Assembly (NCBI RefSeq): GCF_018350175.1
Contig: NC_058369.1
Span: forward strand, 23,314,001-23,378,000
DNA: 64,000 nucleotides
Reading direction: 5' to 3'
DNA from: Felis catus
Lineage: Eukaryota
Below the pieces are notes generated by a model, which had not been told where the DNA came from, searched no databases, and was given only the letters and a program-made list of their open reading frames with translations. Below, piece after piece: positions 12,751 through 25,454 of this stretch. Numbering within the stretch: position 1 is the first letter of the stretch; each line of letters starts with the position of its first letter. Made by a program: the position numbers and the translations under genes.

Positions 12751-14500
12751 TGTGTTAGCCTGGGGGCTAAAACCACCTTCTGGTTAACACAGCCTTGGTG
12801 CTGTGTTTCCTACTCCCAAGTACCCTTCCTCACTGCCTTTCCTTACCACCTGTGACTGCCCAATTCCCATGGCCTCTAACCTCAGGTATCTACCTGATCT
12901 GCCTTTGGGACAGGAATCAGACCTCTCTGAGCAATCTTGACTTACCCAATCATCATCAAGAAAGTTTTTTGTTTTTTTTTTTTTTAAGGAAATCAAGTTC
13001 TCTCTGCCTCTCTTTCTCCCTGTCTCCATTTTTTTTCAAACAACCTCATCCCTACATGTTTTATCAAAGGTGGCTGTGGAATAGGCACTTACAATATCTG
13101 TCAAAATGTAGAGCTCTTTCCTCCAAGCCCTTCTGTCTGACTGTCCACCCTTAGGACAGGGTGATAAGTGGACACCTTCTAAGATGCTTGGCTTGGTTTG
13201 TGGGGAAAGTAGCATAGTGACAGGAAACTGAGAAAATATCTCCTCTGTTTTCTTTTATTGGAGGAAAGGGAGTATGGAGAAGACAACTGAATATTAATTA
13301 TTGTAAAGAGACATAGAGAAAACAGTTGATCAGACTGGAATCTGGCAATTCTGTCCTTACTGCCCCATAACCTGGTACTCTGCTCACCTAAGTCCATGGC
13401 CCGACTCACCTACACCACACTTCCCAGTAATCATTTAATCTAAGCACTTGCTGGTAAGGCTGCCTCTTCAGGAAATCATCATAGTCACATTAATGACACA
13501 GCATCCTTGATTTTGACCTTGGTTTTTTTTTTCAGTGATTTGTATCACAACCTTGGCCATTCTGTTTCTTGCTTAAAAGGGTGACCAAGTATTTTTATAA
13601 TCAGTGCAAACATGAAATTCAAAGCTACCCATCAATAAGCATGGTCTTCTCTGCCACCAAGTTCCTGTCATGGAATCCTAACTTAAGGGGGATCCGGGGG
13701 GGGGGGGGGGGGTAGAAATGAATGAAAAAAAAATGTTAAATGGAAACATAGCCCGAGAAGTAAATGCCAATTTGTACTTGGTGTAGAAGAAACAAGTGTC
13801 ATACCTCAGTCCTTACCCAGGAGCCCACCCACTATGTTGGAGCAAAATCTGAGGCACCTGTGAGGAAAGTGGAAGCTGAAGCATATAATCCTCCAGGAGC
13901 CTTGGCTGGCCCTCTTGTTCCTCTTTCAATTATTTCTGGTAGGATGTAGACTAATGTGACCCACATGACTGGATCAGTAGTGCATGTGTAGACTATAGGC
14001 TAGCAGAGCTCTGGGAGATTGCTCTGGGAGAGTCTAACCTGCCAGTGTCTTCCCGTGTGATTGGAGCTATCGCCAGCATCACTTTCATGGACTTCATGGA
14101 AGCATCCTTCTTTCTCAAGATTTTCAGTTGACTTTTATATCTATTGGCCTTGTACCTGCTTTGTACTATCCATTATTTACAACATTAGACGGAGAGGTAG
14201 TCACCCTGTAATAGCAAGAGTACTCATTGGCTAGGCATGTTTGAGTGGAAACTAATTTTATAATTAGGGGTGGAGGTGGGTATGATGACTTTGATTCTCT
14301 ATGCAACTGGGAGGATTTAGTCAATACCCACACGTGGAGGCCAATTCTGTTCTTGTATATTTATTAATGAAATGGAGGTTAGCCTCCCTTTGCTTCAGTA
14401 AAGGATCATGACATTCAAATAAACAAAGATATGGATTTGTCTAACATGACCCAGGGGAGCCTGGCTTAAAACTCATAGGAGTACTAGTGTAATCTACAGC

Positions 14501-14695
14501 ATTGCTGTCCAAGAGAACTTTCTACAGTGATGGAAATGTCCACAGGTATAATCACCAGCCAAGGTAGTGCAAAGCACTTGAAATGTGACTAATGCACCCA
14601 AAGAACTAGATATTTAATTTTATTGAGTTTTAATTCACAAAAAAATTAAATTTAAATCTGCATATAGCTAATGGCTGCCATGTTGGATGGCACAG
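14501..14695. mobile_element. MER3-like hAT MITE
   Basis: tgctgtccaagagaactttctacagtgatggaaatg...atgttggatggcacag; similar to the 1566-1760 copy. Confidence 0.75.
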
Positions 14696-14932
14696 CTCTA
14701 TGGGATTGCTTTCATAATGCTATCTTCAAAAAATGGAGAAGGTTTGTCAAGATTCCCACCCAGCAGGGCCCAAAGTAGTGTCCATACAGCTAAAGAGCTT
14801 CTTCAAATAGCAAGAGTGGAACCTGGTTACCCAAGTCATTCATTCAACCTTCTTTGGACAACCGAGAAAAACCCGATTACTCACCAAAGCAGCCAACTCT
14901 TTTATAAAAGGTGCCAAATACAGTTGTTTGGG

Positions 14933-14939
<7 letters not shown>

Positions 14940-14967
<28 letters not shown>
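14940..14967. repeat. poly(A) tract (~28 nt)
   Basis: seen directly. Confidence 0.95.
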
Positions 14968-14969
<2 letters not shown>

Positions 14970-16000
14970 TGCCAGCATGGCTTTTAAGTTTCTGCTGATT
15001 CCCCACCACGACCTAGTAATAAAGGATGAAACTTTTGGACCAACTCATTGCTGGACTTTTGTGCCTGCCTGAAAACAGCTCCACAGATAGGCAAATGTCC
15101 CAGAAAACACCAGCCCTGTGGTGGCCCGGAGCTAGGGGGAGTTTAGCTCAGGGTAAAGATATGTTACAAATTAAATGTTGCAGTCGGTATGTAAAGCTGC
15201 AATAAATAGAAACTGAGTTACATCAAGGATGGAATTAAACCTTAAGTTTAAACCCCACAGCACTGTAATTAAAACTTAGCCTGTAGCAAATCATTCACTT
15301 GAGATTAAAGTACTGTGGGGGAAGCAGAGGTTTGGGTTTACCTTGCTGTCTACAATTCATAAGTCTGAGCTACCAAAAGCTAACAGCCCTGCCCCCAAAT
15401 CCAGCTCCCAATTAAAAACACAGTTTGAAAACCTTTAGGAGGCCTGAGGGGCCCCTTTAACAGAAGTCTGCCCCTTCCCCCCTGCCTAAGTCTATGAACA
15501 AATTAAAAAATATTACCTGGTCCCCTGATGGTCTTCTGAGCCGACACAGTGTTTTCATTAATACATCATTAGGGTAATGACATTGTGCTGGCGTTTTGCT
15601 TTCAAAACAGCCTGCATTTCAGCCACGACGCATGCAGGCTCGGGGCCTGCGAACACTTTGTTCCTGGGAAATAGTCTTCAGGTCATAGAAAGGGGTGGGG
15701 GTGGGGGGTGGGGGGTGGGGGAAGGAAGATAAACTGTAATTAATTTTTTAACATGTATTCTTTTTATCCTAATCTGGGATGTGCAAGGCTTGCTTAGTGT
15801 TTTGTTTTTGTTTGTTAGTTTTGCAAAGTAAACACTGGCGTTAGCTTAACCATGGCCTCAACTCCTAGAGCCAACAGGCATTTCCAATTTCCCCCCCAAA
15901 CAACCTACAGTAGGTTTCTCTCAGGTTGGAAGTACGTCATTTTGTGTAAAAGCAGTCGGAGGATCCAAAGTTGAAACTGTGGTATTTTTTTCTTTTCTAG

Positions 16001-16063
16001 ACTGTGAACTGTTACCTCATAGACAATAATGGGTTTATTCTGGTGTCTGAAGACTACACCCAG
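16001..16063 (+). CDS. CACNA2D3: CACNA2D3 exon (63 nt), TVNCYLIDNNGFILVSEDYTQ
   Basis: tttttcttttctAG acceptor, CAG|GTGAGT donor; CYLIDNNGF motif typical of alpha2delta Cache domains. Confidence 0.97.
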
Positions 16064-16429
16064 GTGAGTGAGAAATTTCTACCAACTCAAAGTAAGGAGC
16101 TCAGGATGGGCGTAGGTGAGGGGAACAAAGGGTGGTGTTAAAACTTTGAGACAATGATCTGTATTTAAGAAGTAATAGCAGGAGATTATTAACCCTTATT
16201 TCTGTCCCTCTAAAAATATCACAGCCTACTTCTCAGCAGGCCCCAAAGAGCTTTTACCTCCCAGTTGGGGGGTGGGGGTGGGGCAGAGCCCAGGGTCTGC
16301 TTTCTCACTCATAAAATGTTCAATTTGTAGAACACTTGGCCTCAAAAGTGGAGGTGCGGTAAAGAGTTTGGACAATTTGAAGGAGGTTTCCTCCTTTTGA
16401 TATTTAAATACTTTTTCCATATATATACA

Positions 16430-16430
<1 letters not shown>

Positions 16431-16473
<43 letters not shown>

Positions 16474-16477
16474 ACAC
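16431..16477. repeat. (CA)n microsatellite
   Basis: seen directly. Confidence 0.95.
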
Positions 16478-16780
16478 TCCAGCATAATTATTCCTTATGA
16501 CTTTCTTTCTGGTTTTAGCTTTTTAAAAATCAGTTATCTGGGTTCAGGGATTAACTTGGGCTGTCAACACTCAACACTGAGGGAAAAGGATCCAGAAAGA
16601 GAGAAGAAATTTTCTTCATTTGACTGAGCTGTACACAGTGTGAGGCCAGGGAAAAGATATGGGAAGACACTCAGCAATGGGGCCAAGAACAGAAATCTCC
16701 AGAAATCTCCACTGTGTTTGGAAATCAAAATAAGAGTTCAAAACAATAGCATTGTAATGGAGAAAACAGGTTTCTCTGTC

Positions 16781-16963
16781 TTTTTTAAAGTTTATTTATT
16801 CGTTTTGAGGGGGTGGTGGGTGGGGGGAGAAAATCCCAAGCAGGCTGTATGTGGTCAGAGCACAGAGCCAGACTCGGGGCTCGAACTCACGAACCATGAG
16901 GTCATGCCCTGAGCCGAAATCAAGAGTCAGATGCGGAACCAGCTGAGCCGCCAGCGTGCCCCC
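16781..16963 (-). mobile_element. CanSINE (diverged)
   Basis: tttatttatt tail, gagccgaaatcaagagtc, reverse head; partial TSD ggtttctc. Confidence 0.9.
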
Positions 16964-19234
16964 GGTTTCTCCTTTAAAACTATGCGCAGAAAAACTTGTT
17001 CTGCAATTAGAAATTAAATTAGCCTATTCAGAGATGGTAAAACACAGATGTGTTTAGCAGTGTGGCATGATGAAGGAACACTAGAGAAGGAGGTGCGTGG
17101 TCTCTGGGACGCGCTCTCTTCCTTCACTAGTTTGGGGGTGGGGGCGCCTCACATTACCTGCCTGAGCCTCCTGGTGGGCTCTGTAAAAGGATGATTGACA
17201 GCCATTTTATAATGAAGTCCCATTTAAATCATTTGAAATTTTTTAGCAGTCAACACTACGATAGGGCTATTAATGCCTAAATAAATTAGTTAATTGTCCT
17301 TAAGTTGCTAAGGAGTCTGACCTCAGTGCCTTGTTAATTTATCAGAACTGGCTCTGGGTCACATGTGGAATCGTGCTTGAGTTTCCCTTCTTATCCACGA
17401 AAATGTTGTGGGAATCTTACATGCACCTGTGATGAGAGAAAAGCTACAATGTTAGAAATTAAACTGCCCACAGCCTGTCTCCTCGGATGCTCACCATCAC
17501 TGGACATTGGACAGTTGGTAAAGATCAGATAGGAGTGAGCCCATGACGTAAAGCCAGTCTGAGAGAGTGCAAGAGCCCAGAGGCCTATGGTAATATGCCT
17601 GTTTGGCTGGGAGAAAAAACCCCCAAACTTTCAAGAGTCAGTGGAGCAGGAATCCAAATTAACCACCTCTGAGGAGGAACCCTGTCCTCCCACCAGGATG
17701 ATGGAGGGCTGAGATAGGAGCCTGGTCCCTGGGGGTTCTCGACTGGCCCACAGTGTGACCCACTCCTACCCAGTCCCGGCCTGCACGTGCGCTCTGCTCC
17801 CTGCTGGATCTCTCCCTGGGACAGCCCTGCAGCGTTGCCCAGGGAGCCAGCTGGCCTGCTCTGCCTTTGTTTGATGTTGTCTGGTTTCCTGCACCCCAAT
17901 TAGGGTGGTTCTTCATCTAACAACCAGTTCCATTGACACTGGCATATTTACACACACAAAATACAAATGTCCTAGCTCCTCGCTGCAGCACACACTCATA
18001 GACTTTGCAAAAGATCCCAATTGTCCCTGGAACGAAAGAGGCAATGCTCCATATTTAGTCAGTGAAACGTCATTTCCTTCTTCTTCCTCTTCTCTTTCGT
18101 GACTTTCTGACAAAGTCTTTCTATGCCTTTCTGCCTGAAAACTCCCAGGAGCGTGCTTGAGGTCACTCAGTTGTAATTTGAATCGGGATTTAGCTAATAC
18201 AAAGCCTATGGAATTTATTAATTCAGGCTCTGACGGTAATGCCCTCCACTCACCCCACACAGAAGTTATAAATCCTTAGAGCACCCACCGTAGACATGGG
18301 GGTTCTCTACTGGTCTACACTGGCTCATTCCAGGGTGTTGGCAGAAGAAGGCTGTTGTCCCAAGCTCTTCTCAGCTGTACTGCCTACACCCTCTCCCACG
18401 AGACCGAGACCGGGAGGACTATGGCTCCAAGAGCCTGGAGGGATGGGCAAGGACGTTAATTTTTCATCCCACCATTCAGAGTATGCAAATCTCAGCCAAC
18501 ACCAAGAGCTGGTCTGAGGCAAAAACATCAATCAGGTGGTGGGGAAGGGCTGCTACGCCCTTCCCTAAATGCCCTAAATGCCCTGAGGACGTAGGGGTGA
18601 GCCATTAGAGGTCTGATTAAGCCTCTTCAAGGGGCTGGGCCCTGGGCTGCCTGATTTGTCCACGTGGTAACCGCCCAGGGACACAATTGCGAGTGCTCTT
18701 CAGAAAGTGATTTTGAGAATAGATGCATTCTCAACAGCAGGAGATTTATAGGGCCGATGAAGAGGACGGCTACATTTCCCTAAACAGGTCATCCAGGAAT
18801 TATAAACAATTCTTTTTATTACTGCTTGGGAAGCCCTCTCATAGCCTGTTTCTTTCTACGAAGTAGGGTTTTAATCACAAGAGACTGAGCGCAGATGAAG
18901 GCTTACTGCCTCCGGGTGTGTGGGGGGGAGGGGTGTGTGCGCGCCTGTCTGTGCGCGTGTGCGCGCGCATGCGTGTGCATTTCAGTTCCAGTGCTCCGCG
19001 TGCGGTTTGCGAAGCCGGCGCTCTTTGCAAGTGCCGCGTATGGTGGAACCTTCCCGTCAGCTTTCTAGTCTGCTGCGTAATCCCACCACTTCTACTGATT
19101 GTGAGGACATACTCCACTTTAATGTGACAGCACCTTTTGCTCCAGAACACAGAGCTGCGCCCGTTTCTATTCTCTGGTGTTTGGGCACATTGTTTATCTA
19201 TACTTCCTCCTGGGTCTTCTTTTCTTCCCCGCAG

Positions 19235-19305
19235 ACTGGAGACTTTTTTGGCGAGGTCGAAGGGGCCGTGATGAACAAACTGTTAACAATGGGCTCCTTT
19301 AAAAG
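19235..19305 (+). CDS. CACNA2D3: CACNA2D3 exon (71 nt), TGDFFGEVEGAVMNKLLTMGSFK(R)
   Basis: ttcttccccgcAG acceptor, AAG|GTAAGG donor; phase 0 to 2. Confidence 0.97.
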
Positions 19306-21019
19306 GTAAGGATTTTATGGTCCCCTGCGCCCCCTGGAAAAGTTTGCCTAAATAAAATAAAACGAACCAAGGTCAAATAAAGCAAGCCCAGACTTGACCC
19401 CTGCCTGGTTTGTACGGGTGTTCATACTTCAGAAGATCTTGCTGAAATTCGATGCCTCTTGCATGAGTGTTAAGAGTCACAGAAACTCAGCTCACAATGG
19501 GTTTCCTGTTCACCCAGAATAGGGTTTATTGGAGGCCAATACCGGAGTCAGAGCCTTCGCTGGGACGCAATGATAGCAGTCTCAAGCAAGTGGCTGCAAA
19601 GACATAGGGAATGTTTTCCGCTGGCTAAAAAGGAGGACTGTATTTTGTCTCACATTGGCAAACTGGGGAAGGCTGCTAGAAATCTGGAAATGGGGGATAA
19701 AAAGTGACAGACACCTGCCGATATAATTTTGGAAAATCAAGTGAAAGGTCTCAAAACCTGCCCCCAGATGGAGGGAAGTTAAAATCTGCTGCTAGAAGAA
19801 AACCCAGATGGTGCCCAGTTCTACTGGCACCTCGGTCGTGAGCGCTGTCACTGACCCTAAGCGAAGCTTGTGTATGACGGCTTCCGCTTGGCCCCACTCT
19901 CTCCTGGGCAGGATGGCCGTGCTTTGGGGGACACCAAAGCCTATGGGAAAAGCCATCTCCCCAAGGAGATCAGGATGTCAGTAATGTCCCCCACCCCACC
20001 CCAGAGTCGACAGGAAATGACAGTCTTTGAAGCGGTGCTTTCGTGGGCATATTTGATGCCGTTAAATACATAATAGCAGGCACTACAAGGATGGACCTCG
20101 GCTCGCCCGTGAGAACCACTGCTGCTGGCGGGAAAGGCAGGCCCCTAGCCATTACTCCGTGCGGCTGAATGGCCAGGAAGTGTTAGCTCAGGAAATCGGA
20201 CTTTTGAGCCAGTCAACAAGACCAACTGAGCGCTGTGCTGAAAGCAGGGAATTCAAAAATGATGACCCAATTTTTGAGATTCCATAGCTTGTTTGTGCCA
20301 GAAGGAGGAGAAAAAAGAAATGATATAAAAAACTGGCATAACTCCAGCACTTCTGCGCTCTCTGACACACTCACTTGCCTGCCCCCAGCCTGCCTGCCGC
20401 GGGGTGTTCAATTCCCTTTCTTAAAATTCAAGTGCGGTGTTTTCCTCTTTTGCTACACGTGCTTGAAAACCCTGCTTGGAGCTGGGCTTGGGTTGCTGTG
20501 GAGTTTTCCAGCGCTTCTTAAAGCTTCCCAGGGCAGCGTCTGGATTGTCTGCCCTGCAGGGCACCACCGGTTGTTCCTATCTTGACGTGGATGTGTGTGC
20601 ATTTGTGTCCTGTTAGTTTCCTTTCGACTCGGTGGTGGGGGAAGACAAAAGATGAGAATAATCACACACGTGTTTCTCATTCGAAAGCATATTTTTCAAC
20701 TTCTTTAACAAAATCTTTTTTTTTTTTTCCTTTTCCCTCTTGGATATTCCTTTCAAAAAGCTTGGTGGGAGAAAGAAAGGTTGTAGTAGGATTGTAAATT
20801 CGCAGTCTTCTCCTTCATGTGATTGAAGCATGGTTGGCACGAATCTAGAACTTTCTTTTGCTGTGAGAGTAGCTAACATAGTTGAGAAAAGGGAAGGAGT
20901 AGGGACTTGACACAAGTGTAACAGTATCTGTTGTCCTCTGGGAGTTAGCTGACAATGATCATGGGCCTCTTTGAAGGGGCCCTCACAGGGGCCACCAGAG
21001 CAATGAGAGTTTATGTTTA

Positions 21020-21240
21020 TGTTTTGGAGTCAGATGGATTGGATTCAAATCCAGACTCTGACATTTACTAGCTGCGTGCCTTAGAACTGAGTCAAGTTAC
21101 CTCTCCAAGCTTTGGTTTCCTTATGTGGAAAATGAAGGTGATAATAATAATTACTTCCATGGGATGCTGTCAGAGTTAATGGGGTAATAATAAGCAGAAG
21201 GCCCGTACCCAGTGCCTGGCATATATTAAGGGCTCAGTGA
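21020..21240 (+). mobile_element. MIR
   Basis: ggagtcagatggattggattcaaatcc...tttccttatgtggaaaatg...cagtgcctggcatat. Confidence 0.8.
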
Positions 21241-22339
21241 TGGCTAGCTGCTGCTGTGATTTGTATCGCTGCGGATCTTTGCTCAGTCTTGGCTTCGCTT
21301 TCTGCTTGGCACCAGGTGGTGCTCCTTCTGCATCCACACACCTCACAGCAGGCTTCCCACGCTGCCTGGCGAGGGGCCCTCCAGCGTTGGGGGTGCTGCG
21401 GTGCCCCTGCCTTTTACAGCAAGCAGTGTGTCCTCAGAACATAAGGGTGACAGTCGTTTTGTTCAGGGAAGGCCTGTATTTCAGCAGCACTGAAAAGAGG
21501 TAGCCCAAAGTACCTGATGGTGCTCTGGAACAGAAGTTGTGGTCCCCGTGAAAGTGAGCCCACCCCGGAACACAGGATGCCTGGAGGCTGAATTGCTTTG
21601 GGGACGTGATTGAACCCGGGGAAAAGCCCAGGACCCATTCCCTGAATTCACTGACTTCCCATCTTCTCTCCTCTCAGTGTCTTGGACAGTGCCAGGATGG
21701 CACAAGGCTTCTTGATTTGACCTGGTTGTATCCAGTCCTAAAACATGAGTTTCACAGACAAGAACCCTACAAACCACCTTCTCCAGAAAGAGCTCACAGG
21801 GGAGAACACCATCCCCCTCTGTCACCTTCCCTTTGTCTCTCTCCCCTGGTCCACATTTGCCGCCTCTCTGTCTAAAGCAAGATGATGCTTGTTTACATGA
21901 CAGTGGACTCTTGGCTTGATTGTGTAGTCAGTTATCTGGTGACCGGATGGCCGTTCTACTTAGCAGCGTCATCAGAGGGAAAGAATATCCGCTTCTGTGT
22001 CTACAGCACCATGGGGATGGGAAGGAAGCCACAGATTTGTGCAAATTACCAACTCAAGGGAGCTTCAAGAAGGTTCCGTGGCAGTGTGTGCAGATAACCT
22101 AGGAGACAAAATGGTCATTCGTTGTCGCTTTAGCTCAGTCTTTGACTTGACTCTGTCTACCCTGGTTGCATGTGACATAGTATGATGGGCCAAATAACAT
22201 ACTAATCGCTTCAGCAGTGTGAAAGTAATGGTCACAGTGGCTACCTTCCCGGAGCACCTACCCCACACCAGACCTGAGCTGCACCTGACAGATCTTACCT
22301 CTTGCAGCACTTTCCAGTACTCTGTGGGACAGGTATAAA

Positions 22340-22518
22340 CAGGACCAGCTGCATCATTTGTAGAGTCCAGTGCAAACTGAAAATCCGGGGTCCCTTGTTC
22401 AAAACCTATTAAGAATTTCAAGACCGCCAACAGCAGAATATTCAACGAAGCCTGGGGCCCTTCCAAGTACAGGGTTTTGTGCAATGACACAGGCTGTATG
22501 CCCATGACGCTGGCCCTG
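22340..22518. mobile_element. MER91A-like hAT-Tip100 MITE, complete
   Basis: TIRs caggaccagc / gctggccctg; perfect 8-bp TSD ggtataaa at 22332-22339 and 22519-22526. Confidence 0.85.
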
Positions 22519-23719
22519 GGTATAAATATACCCATTTTACAGATGGAAATAATGAGGCTTAGAAAGGTTAAGAAGCTGCCCTAAGTCTCTGTGTAACAGA
22601 GCTGGATTCAAACAGCCTGCAGTTTGAGCTCAGAGAGAATTTTCTAGTGTCTGCCCTTAACCTGGTTCTGTGTAGAGTAGCACTGAGTTGTGCATGGAGC
22701 TTCTTCCTGTTCTGTTTGAGAAGTGAAGGGGAGCTTGAGGAAGATGTTGGCTCAGCAGTGTCTTATCAGGGCAAGCAGGACTTTGAGGATGGGAGGCCAG
22801 CTGAGTGATAGCATCACCCAGATTTCTTTTAGCTGAAGTTGATAAATCTTTAAACCAAACCATGTTTTCAGGCTTCATGTATTTTCTCATGAGATCTACC
22901 ATGTGCCTGGTCAGCTTTTTGCGTTGAAATCCAGACAGAGATCTTCAAATACTTATTCATTCTTATCACAGAGAGTAAGTAGACTCCCCGGAATGGTGAC
23001 TCGTGTAGGGTTTCCCAGCGTAGCTATTTTTCTCTTGCACTCACGTTCACAGCCAGTAAGAGCCTTGCATTCCTATTTCTCAAAATCCACACCCCATGGT
23101 TCTCTCTCTTGTCATTGGCAGTGGTGTCACCCCTCTTCGGATTACTAAGAGAACACCTAGTTTCAAAGGATTTTTCTTAGAATTCATGTATCTCCCCCAC
23201 TTCTTGTCCCCAGTGATTCAAATTCAGTGTCAAATATCCAGGAGAATTGAATATGTATATATGTTTTATATATAAAATGATATTTTATATACGTATAGAT
23301 AGATAGGAGAGTATCCATGGTTCCTGATGGGGCCTCTTTGACACACTGCCCTTGAGCTAAGAGGACTCTAGGTTGAGCACCAGAATTGCCGTGTGTGGCC
23401 TTGCACAGACTCCCCGTCTCCCAGCCTCAGTTTCTTCCTCACCCAAATGTGGACCTTAGGGGATTTTGTGAGAATTAGCTAAAACAAAGTATGTGAAATT
23501 GCTCGGCAGATTGCAGAGTATTGTGGGCAGGATGTGAGATTAGCTCTTAAATAATAGCTCCAAATGTCTGATCTTTTTCTTTTTTCATTTTCTTCTTTTT
23601 TTTTAACCATTAAAACTCCCCAGAGCTGGTTACTATGCAACAGTTAGCCTCCACAGCACAGCCTTGGGGGTGGGCCTGTGGGCCTGGACTCAATCAGCAT
23701 CCCTGGAGAGCTTTTGCTG

Positions 23720-23773
23720 TTATTTATTTATTTTTAATGTTTGTTTATTTATTTTGAGAGAGAGAGAGTGCAT

Positions 23774-23808
<35 letters not shown>

Positions 23809-23990
23809 CCATGTGCGTGCATGTGCAAATGAACAGGGGAGGGGCAGAGAGAGAGGAAGACAGAATCCCAAGCAGGCTCCACCCTGTCAGCGCAGAGCCC
23901 TGTGCAAGGCTCAGTCCCACAAACCCTGAGATCATGACCTGAGCCGAAATCAAGGGTCAGACATGTAACCAACTGAACCACCTGGGTGCC
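23720..23990 (-). mobile_element. CanSINE with internal (TG)n expansion
   Basis: T-rich tail, (GA)n, (TG)n, gagatcatgacctgagccgaaatcaag, reverse head. Confidence 0.93.
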
Positions 23991-24034
23991 TGCCTGCCTG
24001 CCTGCCTGCCTGCCTTCCTTCCTTCCTTCCTTTC

Positions 24035-24101
24035 TTTCTAAAGAGAGAAAAAGCATTCAAGCAGGGAAGGGGGGCAGAAGAGGAGGGGGGGAGAGAGAGA
24101 C

Positions 24102-24146
<45 letters not shown>

Positions 24147-24261
24147 CCCAAGCAGGCTCCAAGCTCAGTGCAGAGCCCCATGTGGGGCTAGATTCCACAA
24201 CCCTGGGATCATGACCTAAACTGAGATCAAGAGTCAGCTGCTCAACCCACCCAGGTACCCC
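24035..24261 (-). mobile_element. CanSINE, tandem with the previous one; both sit in a MER5-like element (~23690-24410)
   Basis: (GA)n, gaatcccaagcaggctcc, ccaggtacccc; MER5-like sequence resumes at ctggagagctgttaaa. Confidence 0.9.
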
Positions 24262-25454
24262 TCACTGGAGAGCTGTTAAAACACGCCTGTGCTCAGGCTG
24301 CACCCCCAAAGATTCATATGAAATTCATCTGGGGAATGGAGCCCAGGCACGTATGCTCTTTGAAAGCATCCACGTGCTTCTTATGCATGGCTAGGGTCAA
24401 GACATACTAAGTTAAGAGCACCAGGGTACCATTCCAGGTGCTGTCCACTTTGGAGTTGTCTGACATTGGTCAGCATTCACTCACTAACTTTCAGTTTTCT
24501 CAGTAGCAAGATAGAACTGAAAGAAGGATGTGTATAACTGCAGGTGGGGGTTAAATGGAGTAATGCGTACTTTTACCAATCTTTATCTTTGTGGTTTCTG
24601 CCAAAAGGTCTTCCTTTGTTCTTTGTGTATCGAATTCAGCTTGAGGAAGCAAAGACCAATCAGTCCTGCCTGGCCTTTGGTTTGCAGAGAAACGGACCGC
24701 TTGCTAATAATCTGTTTTTGCTCTGGGAGCTACTGATAGGTCCTCTCCGTCTTGGCTGTGTGTGTTTTGCTTTATACGGTTTTGTTTGTGTTATGTGCTT
24801 GGTGCAACATGCCTGAGCTCTCACCCCTCCACCACCACATTTTCCCTATGGGGCCTGGTGAATGTCTTCCTCACCTCGCCCCACACATTCATTAACATAG
24901 TTGGCTTGTGCAGAATTCCCTGTGGTGGCTCCTTCTGCTCTCTAAATTGCCTTTCTAGAAAGGTGACACGTCAGGTAGACTTCAGGACTTGGGACGTGTC
25001 TTCTCCTGTCTCTACATGATGGAACCGTACAGGCTCCCTGGCCGGTGACTGCAGCTTTCCCCGTCCTTGGTGATCACGTTGCATTTCAGCCAATGTCCTG
25101 GCCTTTCAGTCCAGAGAGTGTGAAAGGAGAAGCCTGTTGTGTTTGGATGGCTGCTCTCTCATGCCGACTGCCCCCCCAATGTCTAATACTCAACACTCAT
25201 GTAATGAATGTAATGGCTTCCCGGCTTCCTGTTGACCTGACCGTTTCCACAGAAGTATGCTTTGTCAGAGGTGGCATTGAAGGGAACAAGAAGACAGATT
25301 GGCTTGAACAAGTGTGTTTCTGAGCCAAACTTTCTGGAAGGCAGAGACATGAGACTTCCAGTGCATCACTCTTTAAAATCCTCAAGCTGCCTGCCTGAGC
25401 ATCCCCAATGACAACAGAAAGAACGCTGTCCTCGTCCTCATCATAATAGCAGCA

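Noticed and set aside
18920..19309. 129-aa ORF ending in TGDFFGEVEG...SFKR
   Set aside because: Only 19235-19305 is a real exon; the upstream part is intronic read-through including a dinucleotide repeat
22065..22535. 156-aa minus-strand ORF
   Set aside because: Runs through a MER91-like MITE; no protein similarity recognised
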